The notes beneath the pieces are model-generated. The model did not search any database. It had not been told where the DNA came from and saw only the letters and a program-made list of their open reading frames with translations. This document shows positions 10,994 to 21,480 of a DNA stretch of 64,000 nt, in pieces (position 1 is the stretch's first letter; each line of letters starts with the position of its first letter). Origin of the DNA: Podarcis bocagei (Eukaryota); assembly GCA_964188305.1 (NCBI GenBank), contig OZ076895.1, one strand, 5' to 3'. The position numbers and the translations under genes are program-made.

Positions 10994-12549
10994 GACGCCG
11001 TATGATTTGGAATGTTAGCCCCAGCAACAAAAGTGGTATATATAAGAAATTGGTTAATTTTTATGAAAGAATTAAGGTTTAAATGGGTAAAAATGACAAT
11101 ATGTTATATTTTAAGAGTAAATGGAAAACAAGAGATTTAAACTTAAACTGCAATTGAAAGTAAAAAAGAAACACATGAAACAAGGTTATAATTTGCTGAT
11201 AATTTTATTGTTAAGAATGCATTATGCGGGAGATGTGGGGAAGTCCGATAGAATTCTGAAATAAGTTGATGAAATGGTTGAGATTCTCTGTTTTTTTTCT
11301 TTCTTTTTACTGTCTATGTTCTTTCTTTTCTATCTGTAATTTGGAAAAAACGCAATAAAAATTATATAGAAGACCATTCCAGAAGCGGGAGTGCCATTGG
11401 GTGGCATGTTAAGTGTGGGATTGAAGTGCTTTGGTGGGAGAATGTTGCCATATGTGAAATGGCCCTTAAGTGCTGTAACTTCATTGCTATTCTTCTGTCC
11501 TCTCTATGAGAAAATGAGTTAACTTTAGGTGTATCCAGAATTTTTCCAGAAAACCAGTATATATATATAAAAAAAGATACAGGAGGTAAGTGGCAAGATA
11601 AGGCTGATGCAGTTGCTTATCGCATACCAGCTTCTTTTCCATATTTGTTCTAAGAAGGTATGGGACCCATTTGAGCTCTTGGGGTTAATTCTTAATGACT
11701 GGCAAGTCTTCCAACGTCCAGTTAGCCAAATCCTCAGTTAGCACTTGTGTCCATTTTTTGAATGAGAAACTCTACCAATTTGGGGAAAATGCTAAAGGTG
11801 CTTCCTCCCTTTCTTTTACAGAACTTTTCGTGTATGGCTGAAGAAAGACAGTGGTCAGTATTGACCTAACACATACCACCCACTGACTTGTAAGTATTTG
11901 CAATACTTGGTCCATTTTAATTCTCATCTTTCAGGCCCACTCCTCACTTTTTCTTCATCAGCACTTCCACCAATAATTAGCTGTTGAGAGTACAGTGTGG
12001 ACCTTCCATAATTCTGATGGCATTTAAATACATTGAACATTTTTAAACAAGGGATTCTGGTGTGTGGCAAATATAAACAATGTGACACCCATGTTACTGG
12101 ACTCCATATTTCTGCATGTGCGTTAACCCAGAAACAAGAAAGCTGTCTGTCGGTCCAGATTTATAGAAGCCATTGTGACACCTTCCTCTGCTGGCTCACT
12201 GGTCACCAGAGTGCTAAAAGACCTGGTGGGCTCCTACGGTTGGATCATTTCATCTGTGTGAGAGAAAGGAGATGGAAATGTAAGTAGGATTTCTCTCAGC
12301 ATCTGAATTTTGTGATGATAGTGAATTCCTCTTGAGCATAGATGTGTGAATGCCAAAACCAGTTTAGGGACAGGAGAGCACATTTTTCTCTTTCTTTTCT
12401 AGGCTTTCAAGGCTGAGGAAAGTGTTATCCCGGTTGGGAAGGTGAAGTAAGATTTCGCCTCTCCCTGAGACCTCCCTCTCACCCACAACATTCTGTACCC
12501 CTCTTTCAGAGGACAGAAAGGGTAAAACCCTTCAGCATATAGATGTTGC

Positions 12550-13146
12550 TGTGATGCACCGGATCCTTTGCCTCAGGCATCATCTGAACCAAGTCTGGGG
12601 CCTGATCCTGAGGATTCCCAGTCTGCACAGGTTCCCCTTCAACAAACACCAGCTGGGCCAAGTCAGGGGCATGAGCCTACCCTGGCTCCAGATGCGGGGA
12701 TTACCAAACCGGTAGTGCCTTCAGCTGGGCCATCACTTACAGCTGCTCCACTACCGGTTTGGTCAGGGGAGGCTGAGGCGGTTCCTGGGTCTAGTAAGCC
12801 ACCAACGTCTCCCGAACTGCAGAGACTAAGGTCTAAGAGAAGGAGACACCTGAGTACTCGCAGGAGGAGTGCTCGCCTTCAGGCGAAACAGGGAGGTGAG
12901 TCGCCGGGGGATCTGGACTGGCCGCTACCCCGATAAAGATAAAAGGCTGTCGGACCCTGCCCCAGGTTGCAGGAGCAACATTGCTGTATGCTAGATCCTG
13001 CCTGAGATCCTGTACCTGTCCTTGCTCTTGCTTGGTTTCCTGCCTCGTGTCCTGCCTTGGCCCTGTCGGACTAACTCCCAGCAGAACCTTCGGATTCTGG
13101 ACCGGCCCTGGACTGTACTTCACGGGTTACCCCCAGGCCCAGCACA
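12550..13146 (+). mobile_element. Solo LTR (597 bp, probably Ty3/Gypsy)
   Basis: TGTG...CACA termini, perfect 5-bp TSD GTTGC (12545-12549, 13147-13151) and a TATA-like GATAAAA at 12938. Confidence 0.85.
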
Positions 13147-13780
13147 GTTGCTTCCATAGTCATATTAGTCCCTAAGGTTTCTTAAGAAAGGTCTCTCTGT
13201 AACTGTCTGAGGCCTAGTTCGAGGTTCTGAAAAATAAAAATATCCCATGTAGCTCTTTGTTTCCCTGTAGGCTCTGCATACCTCCTGCCAGAAGGGGATG
13301 GCCCAGGAAAAAATAACGGTAATGTCTATTTCCAAATATATGTTCAGTGTATATAAGAAAGTCCCCCAAGCAGTTCTAATTGCTAGGCTTCTCTTCTTTT
13401 CCATTTAGATGACATAGTCCTAGAAGACCTGGAGGGAGAGCAGGGGCCCATTTTCTGTGAGCAGCAGGACAGCTCTGGAAGAAGATGGTGGAAGAGCTCC
13501 TCCGTCAGAGGAGCTCAAGAAATGCCCAAGAAAACATGAAGACAATGTCTATTTCCAAGGATATGTTCAGTGTATATAAGAAAGTCTCTAAAACACCTAG
13601 TCAATGTCTTCCCTGCTAGGGTGAGAAGCGCCGCATTTCCATTATGCTAATTATTTCTAAACTTGCATGTGTGCATTGAAATTAGCATATGCAAATCTGT
13701 CCCCCCATTTGGCCACCCTGATATCCTCTCTTCTTTCTCTTCCAATAAAAAATTCAGAAACAATTAGCCTAAGCCAAATA

Positions 13781-14109
13781 AAGTGGTGCCTCGCAAGACG
13801 AAAATAATCCGTTCCGCGATTCTCTTCATCTAGCGGTTTTTTCGTCTGGCGAAGCAACCCTATTAGTGGATTAGAGCTATTAGCGGTTTAGCGGCTATTA
13901 AAGGCTTAGCGGCTAAAAGGCTATTAGCGGCTTAGCGGCTTAGAAAAAGGGGGGGAAGCGGAAAAAATCGCAAGACTCGCAAGACGTTTTCGTCTTGCAA
14001 AGCAAGCCCATAGGGAAATTCGTCTTGCAAAGCGCATTGAAAAACGGAAAACCCTTTCGTCTAGCGGGTTTTTCGTCTTGCGAGGCATTCGTCTTGCGGG
14101 GCACCACTG
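13781..14109. mobile_element. Tigger/pogo-like MITE (family B)
   Basis: TIRs AGTGGTGCCTCGCAAGACG / CGTCTTGCGGGGCACCACTG, TA flanks and internal TTAGCGGC repeats. Confidence 0.8.
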
Positions 14110-14454
14110 TAATGGCAGTAGGGATGACAATTTAGGTAAACCACTTTCCTCTCATGAGATCCTTCATAGTAAAGGTTCAGGGTGAGGGGCCATGAAACTC
14201 CTTGGAACTTGCGGGAGGGCTATACCTCGGTGGTAGGCGGTCTGATTGACATACAGAAAGCGGACTGATGTAGAAGGGATGGAGCAGTTGCCCCTTCTCA
14301 AGTGGGCTGCAAGAGGAAGGATGCTCCCTCCAACCAGCATAGAAACGCAGCTCTCCACCTCTCAACTGCCAGCCCCTGACACGTTAGTAAGACTTTTTGC
14401 AGGCTAGTATCTTTTGTGGGTTATTTCATGAAAAATCCTCTCATTTTCCTTTCA

Positions 14455-16965
14455 TTAGAGGATTTTTCATAAAAGAAAATGCCCATCAAAGGAAAATAAA
14501 AGAAAGGAAATCTGGGAAGAAATACAAAGAAATGAAAAAGAATTACTTAATAAACCAGACAATGAAAACATTAAACAATATAAAAATCCTTCAAACACAA
14601 TTCTCAGTGGTAATAAATGAAGAGCTGGAATGGAAGATCAAATGGCTAAAATAAAAACATTTTTAATTCGGAAATAAGCCGGGCAAACTCTTGGCCTGGC
14701 AACTAAAGAAAAAAATGAGATGAAAGATTAATAAAATCAGAATGGATGATAAATGGTCTGATGATCCAAAGGAAATCAGTAGATGTTTTGCCAATTACTA
14801 CAGAGTTACACAAAGAGGGGTCCGAAAAAAGTGAAAAAAATGCAGAATATTTGAAGACGAATGGACTGCCTAAGATCTCAAAAGAGAAATCCAGGATATT
14901 AAACTCTCCCATTGCCCCTTTAGAGGTACAAGCAATTCAAAGAGCAAAAATATTATCAATTTTAAAATTTAAAAAATGATAAAAAGAAAGGAGGTGCGAC
15001 GGAGATTTCAAAATTTGAATCCGACCTGGTAAACTCTAAGACCAAAACTCTTTATAAAACATACAGACTCCTCCTTGACTGGGAAGTCAAGGAAGAGGAG
15101 GTCAAATCAGCAATGATTAAATGGACTCAAGCCTTTGGCCACAACATAGACATGAGCCAATGGGAACACCTATGGAAAGTTAATTGGAAATTTGCAGCAT
15201 ATTTTACGCTAAGGGAAAACCTCCAAAAGATGCTATATTGATGGTATTTAACCCCCTGTAAACTTTCCAAAATGTACAAAAATGTTCCAAATACATGCTG
15301 GAGATGTGGAGAACCAGGTGGAACTCTCTTCCACATATGGTGGGTGTGTAAAAAGTTTAAGACCTTTTGGAATGATATATAGAGAGAGCTCAAAACAATG
15401 TTAAATGTATCCTTACTGAAGAAACCAGAATCATTTTTATTGGGCATTACAGGTCCAGACATTGTTAGGAAGATAAAAGTCTTTCTGTATGCCACCATTG
15501 CCGCAAGGGTATTTATAGCAAAACATTGGAAGAGTGACAAAATTCCTACTAAATCTGAACGGTTACTAAAGCTGGTAGAATATGCTGAATTAGACAGTCT
15601 CTCAGAAAAGATCAAAGATAAGTCAAAACAGGAGTTCATTTCAAACTGGGAACTTCTAAGGAGATATTTGAAGGATAATTGTTGCAATCTGAAATCATTA
15701 GCAGCCTTTGAGTAATCTCTGTGAGTAATACAGATTAAAAGGGAGAAAACAGATTTACACCGTATTTTTCGCCCCATAAGACGCACCGGCCCATAAGACG
15801 CACCTAGATTTTAGGGGGGGAAATAAAGGAAAAAAAATGTATTTCCCCCCCAGGTGCGCTGCACTAATCCAGAAGCTTGGGGCAAGCTGAGGTCAGCGCG
15901 CCCCAAGCTTCTGCGTGCCGGCAAGCAGTCCGCTGCCGCCCCAAGCCTCCCGCACCCGGCAGGAGGTCCCGCTGGGTGCGCAAGGCTTGGGGCGGCAGCG
16001 GACTGCTTGCGCGCACCTAGAAGCTTGGGGCGTGCTGAGCTCAGCACGCCCCAAGCTTCTGCATGCCGGCAAGCAGTCCGCTGCTGCCCCAAGCCTCCCG
16101 CACCCGGCAGGAGGTCCCGCCGGGTGCGCAAGGCTTGGGGCGGCAGCGGACTGCTTGCGCGCACCGAGAAGCTTGGGGCCAGCTGAGCTCAGCACGCCCC
16201 AAGCTTCTGCATGCCGGCAAGCAGTCCGCTGCCGCCCCAAGCCTCCCGCACCCGGCAGGAGGTCCCGCTGGGTGCGCAAGGCTTGGGGCGGCAGCGGACT
16301 GCTTGCGCGCACCGAGAAGCTTGGGGCCAGCTGAGCTCAGCCCGCCCCAAGCTTCTAGGTGCGCGCAAGCAGTCCGCTGCCGCCCCAAGCCTCGCGCACC
16401 CAGCGGGACCTCCTGCCGGGTGCGGGAGGCTTGGGGCGGCAGCGGACTGCTTGCGCGCACCGAGAAGCTTGGGGCGGGCTGAGCTCAGCTGGCCCCAAGC
16501 TTCTCGGTGCGCGCAAGCAGTCCGCTGCCGCCCCAAGCCTCGCGCACCCGGTGGGACCTCCTGCCGGGTGCGCGAGGCTTGCAGACACTCGCCCGAAGCA
16601 GGGGGAGCCCTCCAGAGGGCTCCCCGTGCTTCGGGCGACAGGCTGCCGCCCCAAGCCTCGCGCACCCGGTCGGACCTCCTGCCGGGCGCGTGAGGCTTGC
16701 AGGCATTCGCCCCATAAGACGCACCCCGATTTCCCCTTCATTTTTGGAGGGGAAAAAGTGCGTCTTATGGGGCGAAAAATACGGTATATAGGTTTATCAG
16801 AGTGGAAAAATTGGGAAAGGATGGGAAGTCAATCTTATGTACTAAATATATTATAGAAGGACTTGTACTTTTTTATTTTTATTTTTGACAAAACTGACAC
16901 GTAAAATAAGGAAGATATGTCTTTGATGTAGATGCAAGTATGAACAAAAAAGCAATTTTTTTAAA
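14455..16965 (+). mobile_element. Degraded L1: ORF2 linker and C-terminus with the RT domain deleted, plus 3'UTR interrupted by a MITE
   Basis: IRGFFIKEN...EELEWKIKW...GKLLAWQLKK aligns with the intact L1. It then jumps at about 14945 to KSAMIKW...CWRC..HIWWVC..KKPESFLLG (stop 15715). Stops and frameshifts are present. Confidence 0.88.
15760..16784. mobile_element. Tc2-like (TcMar) non-autonomous element with 148-bp hairpin-repeat interior
   Basis: TIRs CCGTATTTTTCGCCCCATAAGACGCAC at both ends, TA at the right flank and CA at the left. The internal repeat has period 148. Confidence 0.85.
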
Positions 16966-18177
16966 AAACCCTTACAGGTTATTCACAACGCTGTGTTCGT
17001 ATTTGGTTCAATTGTCATTGGTGTTGGTGACTGACTTTCCCCATTGCTGGTTGCTATGCAGGCTTGAGGCCATCTTTTGGCAGATCTGCCTTCATGCTGT
17101 CATTTTCCAGCACTACCCTCCTTCTGTCACTTGGTTCCTCGAACGTTGGGGACAGCAAGCACAACCATGAACCGCAGAACCTGAACACGGAGTTTGCCCT
17201 CTCTACGAATGCTGGGCAGAGCTCAACCATGGAACCGACCTCGCCATTTCCCCAATGAGCGTGTCTCTCTCTTTGGGGCTCAAGGGAGCATATTAGCCCA
17301 GCTTCACCATGCTCTGGGATACAGCACTCATGTTAAGGCAACCCTCTGAGAAACAGCTTTTTGGTCATGAACTTCACCTAACAGCTTGGACTGTCCTGAG
17401 AGGAAAGCATTAAAAAAAACGCAAGTCGTACAAGGGGACGTACTTGTGAGTTAACCCCCTTTCATTCCATGTTCTTCAATGGGCTTTACATGTGCATGCT
17501 ACACCTTTAAAGTACATTCTTTCCCCCAAAGAATTCTGGGCACTGTAGTTTATTCCTCAGAGTTGCCATTCCCAGCAACACTTAACAAACTGCAGTGCCC
17601 AGAATTCTTTAAGGAAAGAATGTGCCTTGGCGGTTGGACTAGATGACCCTTGGGGTCCCTTCCAACTCTACAATTCAGTGATTCCATAAATGCATATGGA
17701 GCCATGTATTGGTGTGCACTGAATGTTAGTCACACTTTGGTTCTGTTGAAATCAGTCACAGCTAAGTCCCATTGATTTATGAAAGTGTGGCTAATTTGTC
17801 TAAGAGATTGATAACCCCAATAAATTACTTTGTTCTTAGATCAGGGCGTATAAGACTTCCTGCAAACTGTGTACAGAAAAGTGACCAACTCAAGCCAAAG
17901 CCGGAATGCATCTTTTTCTGCAGTTTGTTCAGCATGCTGCACTCTGGGCAAACAACACAGCACACCAGGCTAACTTTAGTGAGCCTAACAGGACTGCAGC
18001 TCAGATAAATGAATGGTTTCCCACAAGCATTGAAGGTAAAGTGACAATGCCCCCCTTTAGCACCAGGACTTTTGAGATGTCAGCTAAACAGACTGCAGGA
18101 CACCTCCTTTCAGGAACCAAGGTTGATAAGAAGCACATGGGGAGACACTGCAAGAAAAGGGAACAGCTGCTCTCACG

Positions 18178-18356
18178 GTAGGAACATGAGAAGCTGCCGA
18201 GTCAGACCACTGGTCCATCTAACTCAGTATTGTCTGCACTGGTCGGCAGCCCCTTTCTAGGCAGTTCTAGGCAGGATTCTCTCCCACCTGGAGATGTCAG
18301 GGGTTGAACCTGGGAGTTTCCGTATGCAAGCAGATGCTGTACTTACTACTGACCTT
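18178..18356 (-). mobile_element. tRNA-derived squamate SINE (Squam2-like), degraded
   Basis: Minus strand has a tRNA-like head (AGCATCTGCTTGCAT...CCCAGGTTCAACCCC) and a 3' end TGGACCAGTGGTCTGACTCGGCAGCTTCTCATGTTCCTA. Confidence 0.7.
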
Positions 18357-18441
18357 TCCTTTTTATTATTTGAAATATTTATATAACCAGGTTCTTGGAC
18401 AGCTTACAACAAGGAAAGGAACACATGAAAACTTACATATA

Positions 18442-18933
18442 CAGTCGTACCTTGGATGTCGAATGGCTTAGTTGCCGAACACTTCGGCTCTCAAACGTCA
18501 AAAACCTGGAAGAAGAAGAGTTTGGATTTGATGTCCTGCTTTATCACTACCTAAGGAGTCTCAAAGTGGCCAATAATCTCTTTTCCCTTCCTCCCCCACA
18601 ACAAACACTCTGTGAGGTGAGTGGGGCTGAGATACTTCAGAGAAGTGTGACTGGCTCAAGGTCACCCAGCAGCTGCATGTGGAGGAGCGGGGAATTGAAC
18701 CCGGATCACCAGATTACGAGTCTACCGCTCTTAACCACTACACCACACTGGCTTTCCGGAAATGAGTGTTCCAGTTTTCGAACGTTTTTTGGAAGCCAAA
18801 CGTCCAGTGCAGCTTCTGCTTGAGTGCAGGAAGCTCCTACAGCCAATCAGAAGCCGCACCTTGGTTTTCAAACAGTTCCAGGAGACAAACGGACTCCCAG
18901 AACGGATTAAGTTTGACAACCAAGGTACGACTA
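18442..18933. mobile_element. Tigger-like MITE interrupted by a SINE
   Basis: TA|CAGTCGTACCTTGG ... CCAAGGTACGACT termini. Confidence 0.75.
18511..18753 (-). mobile_element. CORE-type tRNA SINE (Squam3-like), full length
   Basis: Minus strand: AGCCAGTGTGGTGTAGTGGTTAAGAGC (A box), GGTTCAATTCC (B box), GGGTGACCTTGAGCCAGTCAC core and (CTT)n tail. Confidence 0.85.
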
Positions 18934-19706
18934 ATAAAGAAAGCATATATGTATCTACCCCTTTCCCGTAACAAATAAATTGATTGTATTTTCCTTTTTA
19001 CAGCAGGTTAAGAGAATGCCCTATTCAAAACCATTTTCTTCCTTTTAAAATTTTAGACCACCCTTAGATCTCAGGGTAGTACCTGGATTAGCAGTTCCTC
19101 CTTCTGTTAACCCAGTTATATAAATATAACGGCTACCTACCTGAATATAAATATAACATTTTATAATTTTTGTCTAGAAGTGAAGGCTGCTAATGAACAT
19201 CTTTCCCATTTCCACTTTCCATATGTGACTGACTTTCATTAATCATCCCCACCCTGTTCTATAAAAATAATTAAATTTAAGTTACATCAGTGTCAGCATT
19301 TATAAAATGAAGTTGAATAAATAATAATAATTTCTTTTCAATTTTTACAGGTTCAGCTTTGTTTATAGGAAGACTTACAAATGCTACAGAGTAAACTTGT
19401 CCTATCCATGCTTCCATATATCTGCATTCCTAAAAAAATTAAAAAAAAAACATTAATAGGACATTTTAAGTCTTGTCTCTATCAAGAAGAAGTTGTGTGA
19501 AACTTATGGCTGTAAATAAAAAGAGATGCTTATTGCCATTTCTGTGGTGGTTCTGTTCTGTTATAGCAGTTATAGACTTCTGAAAAATGCCTTAGGGCTC
19601 CTGCGTTCGAATCCTACTTGTGGTTTTCCCACAGTCATTTGGTTCGCCGCTGTGAGAACAGGATGCTAGAGTACATGGTCCGTTGGTCTGATCCAAAAAG
19701 CTCTTC

Positions 19707-19855
19707 AACAGCTTAGCTCAGTTGGTTAGAGCACAGTGCTGATAACGCCAAGGTGGCAGGTTTGATCCCCATATGGAACAGCCATATATTTCTGCCTTGC
19801 AGGGGGTTGGACTAGATAACCATGGGATCCCTTCCATTTCTACAATTCTGATTCA
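19707..19855 (+). mobile_element. tRNA-Ile-derived SINE with CR1-type 3' tail
   Basis: TTAGCTCAGTTGGTTAGAGC...TGCTGATAACGCCAAGG..GGTTTGATCCCC head followed by the CR1 3' end GGGGGTTGGACTAGAT...CCCTTCCA..TCTACAATTCT. Confidence 0.75.
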
Positions 19856-20259
19856 TTGCTGCATCTGTACATGTTGCACCTCCACTTATTGTGAGGTATT
19901 TCAATGGAAAGAGTTATACCAGGACTGTTCTCACCTGGTAGCTTCATTATAAACCTTAAGGTATGAAGTTGAAGGAAGAAAGGTCCTTTCAACCAACTTC
20001 AGATGATATATGCTAGTTTCCATAAGGGCATTTCTACCCAAAGTACCTACCAGGGAAATAAAAGGATCTGGAAAAGTTAACCTCGCTCAGAGTTGCCAAG
20101 GCTGCATCACTCGGGCTGATAATAGTATTTTGTATCCATCTCTTAATAAACAACACAACAGGATGTCCTTTCAACCAACTTCAGATGACAGAGAGGAGTT
20201 AAGTTTGAACCATTTATTTACACACTTTTGACTTTCCTAAATTTAAGCAGGAGTGTTAA

Positions 20260-21480
20260 GTCTAAGATCTGCTCGGCCAGGTGGAGGAGTCTGGCTCTCC
20301 GGAGCCCGCCGTGACCCGGGAGGGCGGCTGTCTGGGAGGAAAGTGAGCCGGAGGGAAGGACGGGGCGCAGGCCGGGCGGGAAGTTCTTGAGAACCGGCCC
20401 TTTGTGGAATCGTCTGCGCCTGGCCCCTGGCAGATCCAGGGAATTAGGCTTGCCCTGTCCGAAAAGGGGGTGAGGAGACTGAGGAAAGCGAGCAAAACTC
20501 AGCGCGCCAGGCAGGAGAGAAGCATCGGAGCCGCAGAGCCAAGCATAATGAGAGCGGAGCTTCCCAAAACATTTGTCACTTCGCCTTCCCAAGCTGTGCA
20601 AGACAGCGCAGAGCACGGGAGACTCTCGAGCTCAGGGCTGCGGGTCGAGCTGCAAGCGATTCTTTGCATTGCTAGGGGTTGGACTAGATGACCCTCGCGT
20701 CCCCCTTCCCGCTCTACAATGAAAAAAACGGGGGGGGGGCAGCCTTTGCCCAGGCCTTCTCCACGCAAATCCAAAGCCCACGAAGAAGGCGCGCTGCGGC
20801 CTAGATGCTGAAGAAGACGCAAACTCGGCAGGCGCAACTCGGCCCGCTGCCACCGACCAGAGGCTAAGAGAGGCGGCGGCGCACGAGGTCGGCTGGCAGC
20901 CCTCGGTGACTGGGCTGCCGCGCGTGGGTTGTGAGGCGAGCTGCCCGCTCATGGAGGGGACGTGGGGCCTTCCTTCAGCCGCTGGCCGTTGGCGAGCTGA
21001 GGCGAATGTTCTCCCTCCCGCCCGCGTCCCAGAGGCGGCCGTTGGCCAGAGAGCGCGCGCTGACCGCGTGACGGCCTGTCCAGGGGGCAGTGGTAGGTCG
21101 GTCGCTAGGCAACCGCCAAGCGGTCACTGCCGGGGTCCGGAGAGCGGCCGCTGGACGGAGCGCGTGTCTGGAGGGCCCCTTTCCGACCATGGAGGCGATT
21201 AAGACCACGGCCGTGTTTCAGAGCGTGGACCCCTCGCTTAGGGCCTATTTCAAGAAACACTCCATACCCGACATCTATGAGGTAAAGGCCCCGCTGAAGG
21301 GCCGTTGGGTCACAGTGGCGGTGAACACGGGTGTGCGTGTGAATGGGGGTTTGCGGGGGGACTGGCCCTCTGCCTCCTGCTCTGCTCTGAATTACTCACT
21401 CACCTCTGGTCCCGTTAGACGCTAGTGATACTCCCTGTCTCATCCCGTCTTTCTAGTCGACCTGAGTTTCGGTGCACACG
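20260..21480. promoter_or_regulatory. CpG island / FBXL13 promoter
   Basis: GC- and CpG-rich block spanning exon 1. It contains an RFX X-box-like site GTCGCTAGGCAAC at 21101-21113. Confidence 0.75.
21189..21281 (+). CDS. FBXL13: FBXL13 (DRC6) coding exon 1
   Basis: MEAIKTTAVFQSVDPSLRAYFKKHSIPDIYE with ACCATGG Kozak and GAG|GTAAAG donor. Similar to the long-form FBXL13 N-terminus (LRSYF...IPQICE). Confidence 0.85.

Larger units (their letters stand above)
5173..11368 (+). mobile_element. Full-length L1 (LINE-1 clade) retrotransposon
   Basis: CpG-rich 5' end starting GGGGACTTCCGG, about 1 kb 5'UTR, ORF1, 24-nt spacer, ORF2 (EN-RT-CCHC), 3'UTR and AATAAA at 11354-11359. Confidence 0.95.
17094..19394 (+). 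pseudogene. SERPINE3: SERPINE3-like unprocessed pseudogene (exon remnants 17094-17332, 17840-18035, 19351-19394)
   Basis: Reads LNTEFAL/YECWAELNHGTDLAISPMSVSL/FGAQGSILAQLHHALGYSTH, then DQGV*DFLQTVYRKVTNSSQ/GMHLFLQFVQHAALWANNTAHQANFSEPNRTAAQINEW, then GSALFIGRLTNATE*. This matches recalled SERPINE3 (LKTEFALHLY...ISPAGVSL...FGAEGS..QLADALGY..HDKRVKDFLHAVY...WWANSSL..ADLSEPNST) and the serpin C-terminal LFxGRxxNP motif. Frameshifts, a stop and missing middle exons are present. Confidence 0.85.

Noticed and set aside
15127-15786. 219-aa minus-strand ORF
   Set aside because: Antisense shadow of the degraded L1 ORF2.
15811-16856. Many repeated 110-165 aa ORFs, or a CRISPR-like array
   Set aside because: Products of a GC-rich palindromic 148-bp repeat, with no unique spacers and no cas genes in a vertebrate context.
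19000-19100. Possible penultimate SERPINE3 exon after the acceptor at about 19003
   Set aside because: Only faint KR..P.FK..PF.FLL resemblance requiring several indels, which is not supportable by eye.
19707-19780. tRNA-Ile(GAT) gene
   Set aside because: Acceptor, anticodon and T stems are degenerate and the sequence runs straight into a CR1 tail, so it is a SINE head.
20218-21208. ORFs in the FBXL13 CpG island
   Set aside because: No recognisable homology, and such ORFs are expected in GC-rich DNA.
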